A DNA stretch of 64,000 nt from assembly GCA_001938485.1 (NCBI GenBank), contig MQRK01230469.1, positions 1 to 64,000 on the forward strand. Direction: 5' to 3'. The translations under genes and the position numbers were made by a program. The first letter of the stretch is position 1, and each line of letters opens with the position of its first letter. This DNA is from Girardia tigrina (taxonomy: Eukaryota). The notes under the pieces were generated by a model. That model saw nothing but the letters and a program-made list of their open reading frames with translations. It did not search any database and was not told the DNA's origin. Positions 24,802 to 37,953 of this stretch are shown in pieces.

Positions 24802-26179
24802 GACATAAAAAATGTTTTTATTGAATTGAGAGCTTTTACTTAAGTAAGAGTAAGCGTTTAGTATGAAATCTTGGTGTACTTTTTTATAATGTCTCTAATT
24901 AAAATAATTTCTGTAGAAAATGGCCTTATAGCTCATTAGATTATTGTACTCTTGAGAAAGTTATAATTAAACAACAAAATGGCAACCAATAAAATTTAAG
25001 TTTTCTTTGCTAAAACCTTCAATCTCGCTATATTTTTCTATGTTTAAAATGTAGATTCTAGAGGAGACAAATACCCCCTTCCCCCCCAAGCATACATCCT
25101 CGTCGCATATCCAATATCAATCATTCCAATTATATATGAATTAAACATACTAAAATTTGTTGAACATTCGATACTAAATGCTTCATTACTAATTCTATCA
25201 TAACATTAATCAAACTTCCTTCCAAACCAATTTCAGAAAACGCTAACTAAAGACCTGGTAAAGATTTAATCTTAAACGAATTTTACTTTATCATCGAATT
25301 ATTAACTTTAGATTTATTATTGAACTCTCTCTGTTTTTACTCTTAATTTTAGGAAATTTTATATATTTTGTTTTGCCTACTTTCCGTTTCTTGTGTACAA
25401 GGGCGGATCAAGGAGGGTAAAGGAGATAATTACTTCCCCTGATCCGTCCTAGCCTCTACACCTACCTTGATGCTTGATGCTCATGAAGATGCTAAAATGA
25501 TGAAGATAAACACTTGAAGAATCAATGTGCTGGACACATCACAGATATTTAAATATCAAGAAGATGAAATAAGAGAAATTAAAAGAGAACCAAATTCAGG
25601 AAAAGACAGAAAACTTACTATTGAATATGGCATAATAAGAATAAACATGGGGAAGATGCACGAAGAAGCTAAAAAAGGGGAAATTAAAACTCGATTCTTG
25701 GCTTTAGATGAAGAATCAAAAGAGTTCATATGACAGAAAGAAAATGACGAAATAAATAAGATCAGAGAAGATATTAGAATGGGAAGAACCGAGCAATGGA
25801 TACAGAAAAACGATATTGTGACAACAATAAATAACAAATATTGGATTCCGAGAATCACAAGGGCAAAATTCGTGGAAAACTTTCACAAGATGATTTTCCA
25901 TACTGGTAGTAAAAAGGTTTACAAATATTTGAATGATGATTTTGATATGATTAATATGAGAGAGATAATAAAGGAAATTGTTAAATGTTGCAAAAATTGT
26001 CATAAGAATAAGACTTTAACAACGAAAGCGAAAGAAAGTTATATTAAACAATTCACTGGTGAACAATTTCAAAATCTGTAAATGGATTTTTGCGTACCAT
26101 TTAAAAGGACTTTTAATGGGTATCAAAATATATTGGTTATAATCAATCAATTTATCAGGTATAATAGTTTGAATTCTGT

Positions 26180-27417
26180 TGTAGTGTTCACAAAATCGCA
26201 TTAGCAGTAGCAACCAATTAAGAGTTTTTTTAAATGATATGTAATTTAATTTTTTGATTTATAATTTTGAAAAAATTTCTTAATTGAATTTGCGACCATT
26301 GAAATTTTTAAAACTGAAAAATCCAGATGCGCATTAAAAAATTTTAAAAACAATTAAATAAAATTTTGAATGATCAAAAAAAATTTTATTTACAATTTTC
26401 GAAAACAAATTTGTTTTACTCAACTATGATTTGTTGTACTAATTGAAATACAAATTATTACCAAACACTTCGTATTTTTATTTAAAATATCGATAGAATT
26501 TACATTCGTTGTTGTAAATCCGAAATTTATGGTGGGAAGTGCTTTGAAACGATTAATGTCCGAATACAAACAACTGACATTAAATTCGCCGGAAGGAATT
26601 GTTTCTGGTCCAATTGACGAAGAAAACTTTTTCGAATGGGAAGCTCTAATTGGAGGCCCGGAAGGAACTCCATTTGGAGGAGGCGTTTTTACTACGCGAT
26701 TGTCATTCCCGATGGACTATCCATTGAATCCGCCAAAAATGAAATTTATCTCCGATATATTTCAACCAAACAATGAAGAACCGAGATCGATCGAGTGAAG
26801 AATCGACCAAACGTTCGAGTCAAATCGATGGGTCAAATGACCCGCTTCCATTCGCCAAAAATTCCGCGAAAAGATTTGGGTATTTAACGAATGGCGGTCC
26901 AATAGTCGGGATGGAGTTGTTGTCCGATTGTTGCTCGTCGACATCGATCGCTTCTTCCTCGGTCGATAACGCCAACAATTCAAATAACAATCGAAAAATA
27001 ATCACCACCGGATCGAATTAGAAATATTTGATGTCGAAAAAGCGAAGAGCCGAAGAGCTATTGGGATTGTTCAGTCTTTCAGTGAATCTGCAATCGATCG
27101 ACGACACGATCGTACTGACGTTGTCGAAAATCCGTGACGAAGACAACCAACAGGCGATCACTTCGGTCGATCATTCCGGGAATAGCGCTTCGATTTGTTA
27201 CAAATGACCGAACCACGATCCTTTATCGTCTGGATCATGGTGCGTGCGGGTGTAGTGGCGACCCTTCGTAAGTACGAACGCTACCAAAATACGGTAAGCC
27301 TTATCGATCGACGAGCGAATCTCCCCGTGTCGCTTTTTAGTACGCGACAACTCAGCTTGTTCCACGAGATCCACGGAACACATCCCGGCACGTCAAACAT
27401 CAATTTCAACTTCAACA
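26180..27417 (+). mobile_element. 1238-bp TG...CA-bounded insert carrying host gene fragments
   Basis: 5-bp TSD TCTGT (26175-26179 / 27418-27422); removing it restores the integrase frame FIRYNSLNSVFHQE, colinear with FSRYIVLTARSNQD of the first element. Confidence 0.8.
26529..26772 (+). pseudogene. UBE2G2: Truncated intronless ubiquitin-conjugating enzyme E2 G2 (Ubc7) fragment, residues 1-81
   Basis: ALKRLMSEYKQLTLNSPEGIVSGPIDEENFFEWEALI...LSFPMDYPLNPPKMKF..IFQPN closely matches the UBE2G2 N-terminal half; homology stops at the HPN motif, before the catalytic Cys. Confidence 0.9.
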
Positions 27418-28685
27418 TCTGTATTTCATCAAGAAGGAAAACTGCATAGATTGTATTACTGGACAGACGGATATGGAAATTCGGACCGCCAAAAGAGATT
27501 TATGTGAGTAGAGATAAAGCATACGAATCGGCACTCTTCAAAGACACACTGAAGAAATTTAAAGCAGAAATAATTTACTCTAGTCCTTATCATCACAATA
27601 CCAACGGAATCATTGAAAGACAATTTAGAACAATTAGAGACGCTATGAAATTAAGGATAAAATATGAAGCCCACATAAATTGGACGGACATTTTGCCAGA
27701 AATAGAATTTATGAAGAATAGCACAATTCAAGCTACCACAGGTATCTCACCAGCAGAAATGATATTTGGTAGGAAGTTAAGACATTGGTGGATACCAAGA
27801 AATAGAGTTGTGATAAGAAGGAAAAGAGTGAAAATATGATCACGACAAAACGAATATTTCATACTGTGAACAATCTGTTGATAAAGAAGAAAAACGCTAC
27901 AAAAAAGCGGATCGATATATGGGTAGAGCCACAGTAAAAAAACAGAAGACATGAAATAAGTTAGGAAATGGAGTTAGAGGATGGTGAAATTTTGTGGAAT
28001 GGCTAAATCCATTTAAATCGAGGTGGATGTGAGGAATATTTGGAATGTTGATGTTTTGTGTGTTGTATGAATGTTTGAACGCTGTGTGTTGATTTGTGAT
28101 TGTGTCTCTTCGAATCAGATGAATGATTAATATTTTAATTTTTATAATCCGAAAATAATTTATTCAAATTTAGATTTAATATTCAAACTTTTTATTTATC
28201 ATGATTGTAATTTTTAATGATTTTTATTAATTTTATTTTTTTTATATTTGTAAATAATTAAATCGGATTAATATTTTAAAATGATAATAAAAGGTAATTA
28301 CATTTTAACCAATGATATGTAAAGAAAATATTTTAAATAAAATAATTCGTTTCAAGTTAGTTCAGATGTTGGATGAGAAATAATAAACATTGAGTGATGA
28401 ATTTAAGTGCAAGCAATATTATGGTTTGTCATAGAGATTATCCAAATTGCGAATATGTTCGAGGTGATTTAGATTTATAAACGAAGATAAAACAATTTAA
28501 GATAAAAATATTATTTAATATGTACACTCTGTTTTACAAGTCAGTTAGTTAAAATCAAACTTAACCTTGTTTATGATTTTGAGTAGTTAGGAAAGTAAAT
28601 TTTATTTGCCCTTAATAATATAATATATAAAAATATAATTGCTTATAATATATAAATTTATATATTCACACCATTTTTATTTTTA

Positions 28686-28942
28686 GGGGCCGTCCATAAA
28701 TGATGTCATGCAGGAGTAGGTGATGGGGGGCGCAGAATTTTGTGACGAAGTGTGACGTGGAGGGGGAGGGGGTTTGATAAATGTGACGTCAAATCTAAAT
28801 GCTGAAGTATTTAGTGAAAGAATTCTGTGACGAAGTGAGAAAATGGCAGGAGGGGATTCAAGCTTTTTGTGACGAAATCTGACCAGTGTGAGGGGGGTTG
28901 GAAATCCTTTAAAATCGCGTGACGCCATTTATAGACAGTCCC
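28686..28942. mobile_element. PIF/Harbinger (Tourist-like) MITE
   Basis: TIR GGGGCCGTCCATAAATGATGTC / GACGCCATTTATAGACAGTCCC, TTA TSD, internal TGTGACG repeats. Confidence 0.85.
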
Positions 28943-29099
28943 TTATTCATGCAACATCCAATATAAATATGATGATGTTCTGAACACAATCTCATCCGAA
29001 TTTATATAATTGTAATTGAATTAATTAGACTTTGCGTGATGTCTAATTTATTATGATAATCAAATTCTTAAGATTCCTTCGAAAATAAGTAATTGGCCT

Positions 29100-32000
29100 T
29101 TAAATTAACTCTCTATGATTTTTATCTTGTAATCGGCCTCCCATCTCTTTCAAGAATGGTATTGAATCTATAGGCTCTTTAGATGGTCCACCCAAACCAA
29201 ATAAGTCTATATGATCCCCGATAGGCCTCCTATGGGGAATTCAGCCTTTCGCTTCCGCGCATGCTTTGGCAATCCAATCAGAAACGACCAGTCATGGATA
29301 GTAGTCCCATGATTCTGCATCTCTTTGGCTGCGTACGTGGATTTTACACATCCGCGAAACAAGCATCTGAAGGTTCCTCTCACATTTAGATTTGTAAGGC
29401 GGTAGCCAGATGGGTTTCTAAAGGACTCTCTTCTGACTCTCCAATCGAAGCAGCATTCGGATCGATGATTTGAACTTGAGTTGTGCTGTCTTCTGGTATC
29501 GCGTTCAGTGGAAGATTTCCTTCTTCTGATTGTCTGGACTGACTGGTTCTGCTCAGAAAAATTTGGACTAATTGTTCTTCTTCAATTTTGTGCGCTGTTT
29601 TGAAATATCTGACGAGTCATCCTTTGGTCTTGTAATTCTTTCGGCCTAGATGGCGATTGAATTCCTCCGGCTCTTCTTCTTGAGGGACTCTTGATCTATG
29701 ATCTTGTTTCTCGTGTCAATTCAATTCTGTCTGCTCCGCGAATTCCCTGAAACAAGATTCGTAAGAACATTGAAACAGTTTCATCCGCGGTCTGATAAGT
29801 TTTGGCATGTCTTCTGAACTCCGCCCAATTATACACCTCTCGAATATTATTGAGTCGATCCTATCTTTCATCTTTAGTTGAGCGCTTTCCTGCTGCATTA
29901 ATTTTTAAAAATCATCAAAGGAAGGGGTTTCAAAAAAGTCATTCCGTGTCGACTCTCAGGCATTCTTTGATTTTATGCTTCTTTCTTCCTGAGATTTTCT
30001 TACCATCTGTCATTAAGGATTCAATGACGCTTTTCAGGATTATCGGTCCATTGCCAGTAGCTAAGAGAGAGTGGAACGGGAGCTGTGTATTAGCTAGATC
30101 GACTCAATAATATTCGAGAAGCGTATAATTGGGCGGAGTTCAGAAGACATGCCAAAACTTATCAGACCGCGGATGAAACTGTTTCAATGTTCTTACGAAT
30201 CTAGTTTCAGGGAATTCGCGGAGCAGGCAGACATTTGGTGAGGTAACCCAATTGTGATGATATCCATTCTGAACATCTGATCCTTCCTTATCCCCAACAC
30301 TAGGCGAGTACCATGATTATGTAGGCTCTGCAGTTTCTTCACCAGTGTGTCGGTAGTCCTCCAAATTTCACACCCATAGTATACCACAGGTAGTATACAA
30401 CTCACAATCAATTTTCATTTGATTTTTCCAAAGGAGCGTTAGCTTTGGACACTTCAGGATAGGCATCAAAGTTCGTAGCTTGCCGTACCCTTTCCTTATT
30501 CTCTCTCTGATATCTGCTTCACAAGTTCCCTAAAAAGATATTATTGAACCAAGGTGACTGAACTCGGTAACCCATTTGATTCCAGACACCATCTCGCAAC
30601 CTGCTGTTTGTATTTTCGAGTCACCATTTAAATTCATAATCTTGGTCTTTTTATGTAGATCTTTAGACCCAATTGCTGGAACACTCCATTTAGAATAGTA
30701 GTATGAGGGGTTAATTTTAAATTTTTATCTCGCCTGAATAGTTTATTATTTTTTTAATTTAAAGGGTAAAATATTTTTATGTTAATTTGCTTATTAAATA
30801 TTTTAAAAAATTAAAAANNNNNNNNNNNNNNNNNNNNNNNNNNNNNNNNNNNNNNNNNNNNNNNNNNNNNNNNNNNNNNNNNNNNNNNNNNNNNNNNNNN
30901 NNNNNNNNNNNNNNNNNNNNNNNNNNNNNNNNNNNNNNNNNNNNNNNNNNNNNNNNNNNTTTATTTATAAATAAAAATATTTTTAATAAGCAATTTTAAA
31001 AAATTGATTTTGAAAATAAAGTTTAAATAATTTTTTGAAATAAATTTTCAGGATTTTAAAAATTAAATCGAAAAGAATCTAATAGATTAATTTGGGTCGA
31101 GATAATTAAATTAAATTAACAGGAAAATTTGTTTTAGAAATGTGATAGGAATAAATTTTGGTGTTTAAAAAAAATGAATTCTGATATAGACGTTGCAACC
31201 ACTTCTCACAAGTAGATTTCTTGTTAACTCATAATAGTATTTGTCAATGAGACAAAAGTCATCTGCATAAGCTAAATGATTGATCCACAGTTCGGTTCAG
31301 TCCTCATTTCATAATTTTACCCATCCTGCCATCCCATTATCTTCTGCTAGTTTAAGTGCTCTATCAAACACAATATTAAACAAAATCGGTCCCAGAATAC
31401 AACCCTGTCTTACGCCTTTGAACATTGTGAACTCATGTTCACCAATTGAGCCCTTGAATCCTTCGTTAAATTGAGTAATCATGCTTAGTGTTCTGCCATT
31501 TATCCCCAGTTTCTTTAGGCATGTCCAAAGCACATTTCTTGGAACACCATCGAAAGCTTTCTCCAAGTCTATGAAAATTATATATACATCTTGGTTTCTG
31601 TACCTTTCTTCTTCCTGAATCTTCCGAATAATACATATTGCATGTTGCGTTCCCCTGTCGCTCCGGAAACCAAATTGTCATTCATCAATTTCTCTTTCAA
31701 ATATCTGGCTAATTCTATTTACTAAAACCCGTGCCATTATCTTTCCTCCAACTTCAAGTGAGAATATCCCTCGGTAATTGTTGAGGTCATTTCTTGAGCT
31801 CTTTCCTTTGTATATAAGGACCACATTCACTTCTTTCCAACTTTCCGAGAAGTCTACTCTTCCTTCCCAAATGTGTTCAAAGCATTCTGTCAGTTTGAAA
31901 ACAAGATTATGGCCTACCCATTTGAATAATTCAGGAATTATTCCATTCGTTCCTGCAGTTGTTCCGTTCTTTAGCTGTGCTATTGCGCTTCCAACTTCCT

Positions 32001-32150
32001 CTACTTGCGGCACTGCTTCTAGGGAAGCATTATGTTCTGATAGTCCGATAAGGTTTTCGATATCCAAGAGATCCATCGACTGAAAAATCCGATTAAAGAG
32101 TGAGGCGATTACCTCGTCTGGAACTAATCTGTTTACTGTACATAGGGTGT
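29100..32150 (-). mobile_element. 5'-truncated decayed non-LTR retrotransposon (RTE-like LINE)
   Basis: RT motifs NNYRGIFSL, FIDLEKAFD, GVRQGCILGPILFNI, LAYADD-like, ILPVVYYGCEIW; C-terminal C2H2-like motifs; interrupted by an AT-rich insert and gap at ~30700-31200. Confidence 0.85.
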
Positions 32151-33063
32151 ACTCCCGACTCTCAACGTTGCTGATCAGTCTAAGCTACATGAATAGATCA
32201 CGTCTATTACCCCCTACATGGTTCAGGATCTTGTCTTCAGGGTCGTGTCTTTGTTGTTATTATTTTCGGTTATGTATTGTTTGCTGTTTGTTGTGTGTTT
32301 TCTTGTGGTTCTCCTTTTACTCAACATTTTCGTTGTTTTGTTGGATTTGTGTTTGTGAATATGTGATTGAATGTATGTATTTATGTATTGTGTTATGTTG
32401 TGTTGTGTTGTGTTGTGGGTTCAATCTTTTTTTTCTGACACCAATTTGTAAAACCTTTATCCGTCGTTAATTTCAAATGAAGGCTTTACAAGAAAATAAA
32501 ATAAGAATGAATAAAAAATCCAAATAACCAAAACTATTAATTATTGAACTCCAACAGAAGGATAAAAAAAAGCAGTTACAATTTATCACCGTAAAAATGA
32601 AATGAGTTTTGTGAGAAGGACGAATTAAATAATGTTACTTAAACTGTGGGACGAAGAGGCTTTCTTGTAGTCCGTCGAGAAATCGTTATATTAAATTAAT
32701 ATATCTTCAGATGTCTTCTTAGAGAAAAATTCTCAGACGTAGGTTGGGTGAGTATGCGGTTTGAAAATTGAAATGGATTGTTGACCTTTCGAATCGGACT
32801 TGAATTTTGAAAAATATTCGATTTGTTTGTGTTACGGAAACGAGCTAATGAGTCAAAGATCATCACTAGCTCGTCTACGCAATCTCGTTTTGTACGATAA
32901 GTAAAATAAAAAGGATATAAATAATTAAATAAAAATTATAATTGTATGAATAAACGATATAACAGCGTAAGGTAAAGTTAAACGCAGAGGTCAATTGATC
33001 ACGAAGGAATAACGTACGTAGTTTATGGAATAATAAAAAAAATAAATCACTGGATTAGAAACC

Positions 33064-33240
33064 TGAGATCTTGATGTTATCAAATCTGTTTCTGTTCGGG
33101 GAATAGATCGGAATTGAGAATCGTTGATTGGGTTTGAAATACAGCCTGGAATAGAACTGTTTCGGTATGGAGAAAATGTTCCCGTACTCGAATTTGTCAG
33201 ATGAATAAGGCGATTCACGGACCTTTTCTCAGACACGGGT
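33064..33240 (-). other. Possible exon or pseudo-exon of an unidentified gene
   Basis: CpG-richer Ser/Pro-rich open frame ending at a CAG|GTTTCT donor-like site; in-frame stops just upstream; no recognisable family. Confidence 0.2.
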
Positions 33241-34399
33241 ATTTGATTTATCGATGATAATTATGAAGACACCGAAAAAAAAGCGTCAATCGTCGCTTTC
33301 TTGAAAGTTTGACGAATTAACTTGACGTTGTTCAAATTTAATATTTTCAATATTCTCGATCAATTTTTTTATCGATCGTTTTTTTATCTTTATTATTGCT
33401 ATAGGCAATATTCATAATTAATAATTATGATAATTTGCCTTTTAATAAAAACTAAAAAGTATTTCAAATGAATTTACAAATAAATATTTATAATTTCATC
33501 ATACGAAATCAGATCACAAATTATTCTTATATAAAAAAATAACAACACAAAAAAATGATTAAATTAAAAAAAACTGATAAAAGGTGCAATATAAGAATGG
33601 TGAATGTCAGTCTTTGAATTATAAAACCCTTTCTTTGATAAATCAAAAAAAGTAGACATTTGAAAGAATATACACATTTCGCTGTTGCATTTATATATAA
33701 TCAAATCTAAATATCACTTTAGGTAACACACACTGACGCGCGCATTAGAGGACACAAGTACATACTCATACACACACTCTCACACTGCCGAGGAACACAA
33801 GTGATCAAATATTCGTCATCAGTAATAGATAATAATAAACAAAGGAACAAAAGTTTTCTGAACAGAGGACACTACTGATCCAAAATTCACAATAGTGTAA
33901 AGAAGAAAATCAAAGTCCGGAACAGTTTGTGTCGTAGAGGATGCGAATGAAAAAGATAGAAAAAGAATATTTGCCACTATTTTGACATCTCTACGAACGG
34001 TTATTATCGCAACAACTGTTATTTGCGTATTTTTCTGAGTTGTAATCGTTTGATAAATTTTTAATTTTAATATTCAATTCAAATTTCTGAATTGATTTTT
34101 TTATTGATTTCTTTCTTTTAATTGTCCTTGACGATTTTATTTTAGATAATTATTAATTGTAACAATAATTATGTTTTCTTTTTTAACTTTAATTTTTAAA
34201 ATAATCTGTTATTTGTTTCGGTTATCCACTTGGAAAATAATTTCACTTTTTGTAGAATGTATGGTTTTCGTTCGAGATCTTTAATTGACGAATAATTTCG
34301 ATTTTTGTAAGAGGTAAAATTTTGGTTTGATGCATTCAATTGTCGAAAGATTTCGCTTTTGTTGAATAATAAAAAATATAATAAATACATACAAAAATA

Positions 34400-34790
34400 A
34401 AATTTCATGTTCACACACGTCAGCATAACAAGATTAACAATATAAGTAGGGCACTACAATTCTTTTCTGTTTTGGTTGATTTTGAAGTTTGATATCAGAA
34501 ATAAGTCTCTTCATTATGAGAAGCTTAGCAAAATTATTCGGTTTACTTTCAAAGTAGAGGATTGCTTTTTAAATTCCTTTCATGGCTTCTGCAGCATTTG
34601 GAACGGGAATCACAACTCCACCATCGTCATTATCCTTAGGACTATCCTCTCCAGTACCATTGACTGTTGTGTTTATCTGAGTCACTAGTGCAACAATTAA
34701 TTCATCTGATAGCATCTCAAACTTGGGTTCTGAAATGTCACATTGTAACCACGCATCAGCAGCTGGTGAATCGATGTTGAGTTCGTGAAA
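34400..34790 (-). mobile_element. pogo/Tigger (Jerky-like) transposase C-terminal remnant
   Basis: Manual translation ADAWLQCDISEPKFEMLSDELIVALV...AEAMKG..KAILYFE...KQKRI. Confidence 0.5.
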
Positions 34791-34858
34791 ATTATTTTAT
34801 ATTGTAGTTTTCAAAAATTATAACAATAAATAATTAATTAACAATATAAGCATTGTTG

Positions 34859-37800
34859 TGTCGCACTCCCTTCTACTCACAACATTTTTGACAACTCTGA
34901 GCCCCCAGTCATTCATAACGGGGAACGGCAACCCGTAGTTCCTCCATCTAATTCTATACCTTTACTAAGGCCAGCGGACGCGTCTCCTCCACGCACGTGT
35001 TCTACTAGTGCGCGCTTCAGAGCGCCATCGGGTTCTAAACAGTGACGGGAATTGCCCGACCGGTGGCCTCAGCGTTCACAGAGATGATAATAACTTTAAT
35101 TATACATATTTACATTGAACCTCACCTCTATAAATTTATACACGGGTTCTATACAATAGAGGAGAGCGTCAGGGAACCATCGCCGGACGTGCGAGACGAC
35201 CTGTGTTGCTTCCAGGAGGTTTCTCGAGTCACTAGTGATCCTCAAATATTTTAAAAATTTGATACTTACATCTTATACTATTTATGTCAATCATCTTAAT
35301 ACCCGACTTGACTGTTTATGTTCTAACCATATTATAAAAATAAAGAATTCAATCCTCAAACCACAAGGAGGTGAATCCGTTATTTTTATTAACTGTTATT
35401 AAAAGGATGGACTAATCAGGTTAACCAAACTAAGTATCATTAGGTGAACCTGTTTAGTATTGTTTAAAAAAACAAAATCAACAAATGAGTTAAAATATGT
35501 ATATCTTTTCAACAATTAACACTTTTATAGATACAACCATTACTAACGGAATAGAGTTGATATATATAGAAAAGATATAGTCGAAACTCTAACGAAGCGT
35601 TGGCGATAGTCTATAAAATAACAAAAAATAATAACGTCACTTCGTCAAAAAAATATATGCAGAACTGGCAACGCGAATTTGATATAATTCATTCATTGAA
35701 ATCATAAATTATTGTCGTCTGGTAATTAAAACTATTTATTTTTAATCGATTTTAAATTCAACATTTAAATTTAAAATCAAAAAAGTTAACGACAATATTA
35801 CAATGAAATAATAATGTAGTTATATTAGTGTTGGTAATTAGACCACCACCAAAAGCCAGTCCATTTGTTTCGCTCAAAAATTGATCGATGTGGTAAGAGA
35901 TAAACCCGTTGTGGTTGGATGTATTGCAGAAGGCATAAAATAAACATGAGCCAATGGTGGCATGAACAAAACATGCTACAAAAGTCTTGAGGATTGCGAA
36001 AAAAGATTTTGGGAAGTCAAATTTGCAATACCCGACGTCAAAAGAAAGTATTAAAATAAAATCATATAATCATAATTATCTTCTTTTTTTCTTTTCTTTT
36101 TCCTTTCATTCCTTTGTTTCAATCACTTCGAATTTGCATAAAAAAATAAAACATAAAAATATGAATAAAAAATAAAAAACACGACACAGAGATTAACATC
36201 AGACCAAAACATAAAGTACATAATAAAAAAAACAAACCCTTACATCAACAGGTTATCAAAAATAAAAATTAAACAAACAAATAAAATAAATCTTTTAAAA
36301 TCTTTACTCATATAAACTATTGATTATCTAAAAGGTTCTTGTCATCATGTACACAATCACAATTTAAATTCTAAATAAAATAAATAAGCTTTGAATGGAA
36401 AGTAGAATCTAACTTGTATTTTCAAGTAGTAAGATTTAAAATGAAGATAATTTAATTAGTCTAAAAGATTTAGTTCTAAAACAAGAAATCAAAATAAGAG
36501 ATAGCTAATTAAACAGATTAAAACGTTTGATTTATATACAACTATATCCTTATTCCTATGAAGTCGAAATTACACTTCAAAATCATATACCTAACTAAAT
36601 AAATAAACCTTTATAAATAAAATACAAATAATCGTTAGATTTTCATATAAACAAATTCTAGTTGACTTAATTTTTACGTGAATTATTTTAGATAAATTTT
36701 ATTGATCATAAATTTATAGACAAATAAATAAATTCTAGTTGCATTAACTTTGCTTCAATCTCCTTGAATAAATTTTAGCAAATGTTCAAATGATCATATT
36801 CATAAATTACACTAAAATAAAACTAATCAAGACAGAATGAAATGTTAGATATAAACAAATAATATAACTTTACCTTTTAATAAATAAATACTGTCAGATA
36901 ATTAAATTGGTTATACAAAGTAGCGCAATTAACTTCGGTAGTTTTAATTAAAGCAAATTTTTGTAATAGAATTAGGGATGTTAAAAATTGTCTGAAATAA
37001 TAATATGCGTGATCTGCTAAAATACTCTCGTATTTATAGCAGAATTCCTTGTAGACTGTTCCAAAATGTCGGCTGCTTACGCAGGCCTACATTTTCTCTA
37101 CCCCTACTAGTGCATATTGTTTACAAATCATCGCATCCTGTGATATCAGGCTGGCAGTTATTCAGCGGTCATGTAACAGTAATTTTCTCTATCCGGCGTT
37201 ACACATTCATTTACAGCCGCCGTTACTTATAAATGCGTATTATTACTTATCGGTGATTCGCATGGACAAAGAGTGAATGTTTTCCTTCCGTTGTTTATTA
37301 ATTCGCATTCTTATCAGCTGCACTTATTCACAGACTCTTAAACGGCTCGTCCATAGGCAGTCAATAATGTTACAGAGGTAGAACGGAGAATCACGCGGTA
37401 GATTATTCACCGCTGATTCACTCTGTTTTTCCAGAATTTATTTTTGGAAACATCCAAGTAAGATTTTTTGAATTAATTAATTAACGATTGTACTTTTATG
37501 GTTTTTTGTTCATCAAGGTTTTCCGAATGGCATGAGGCCTTGTCGTTTCAGGTTATGGAGGAATCAAAACTCAATTCAACATGGTTGTTGGTTAGGCGGC
37601 CCTCATTGTGTCTCGGGCCATACTCCAAATCGGGAAGTTGGTACGACAGTGAAACGTGTGCCGGTAATCCACAACTGCTCTTTTGTTGGGTCTGTTGTAA
37701 GTTATTTATTAATTTGAACCTGTAAGATTAATAACTTCTATTTTGAAGACTAAGAACTTTCGGGGAATGCCAGGAATTCTGGACTTATGCATGGCCATTA

Positions 37801-37953
37801 TTTACTATTTTTTCAATATATGCTTCCGATCTCTTTATTTTTATAGCATGTGTTTAATATTTTTACATCGCAACATATGTATTATTGCCGTATTTTAATA
37901 ATAATATCAGGTTTTAAAACGTCAACATATAAAAACTTTTTGGGATCCATACA
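34859..37953 (-). mobile_element. ~3.1-kb LTR, likely the 3' LTR of a truncated large retrotransposon, distantly related to 5594-8042
   Basis: Left end TGTCGCAC, probable right end GGATCCATACA; shared terminal module; minus-strand TATA at 37031-37038; no TSD match, right boundary less certain. Confidence 0.65.
34883..35088 (+). ncRNA. Candidate structured RNA module at LTR terminus (copy 2)
   Basis: Same motif order as 5618-5834, with different helix sequences that still pair. Confidence 0.55.

Larger units (their letters stand above)
25480..28110 (+). mobile_element. Truncated Ty3/gypsy fragment (integrase, PPT, start of 3' LTR at 28028)
   Basis: FHKMIFHTG..CKNCH, MDFC, SSPYHHNTNGIIERQFRTI, GISPAEMIFG; GAGGTGGA|TGTGAGG junction; homologous to the integrase at 9755-10500. 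Confidence 0.85.

Noticed and set aside
26529-26798. Functional UBE2G2 host gene
   Set aside because: No catalytic Cys or downstream exon, no splice donor at the break point, and it lies inside a TSD-bounded insert
24532-28110. Inverted repeats at 24740-24801 and 28028-28100 as TIRs of a Ginger-like element
   Set aside because: The TGT termini face inward, not outward; better explained as two related LTRs in opposite orientation
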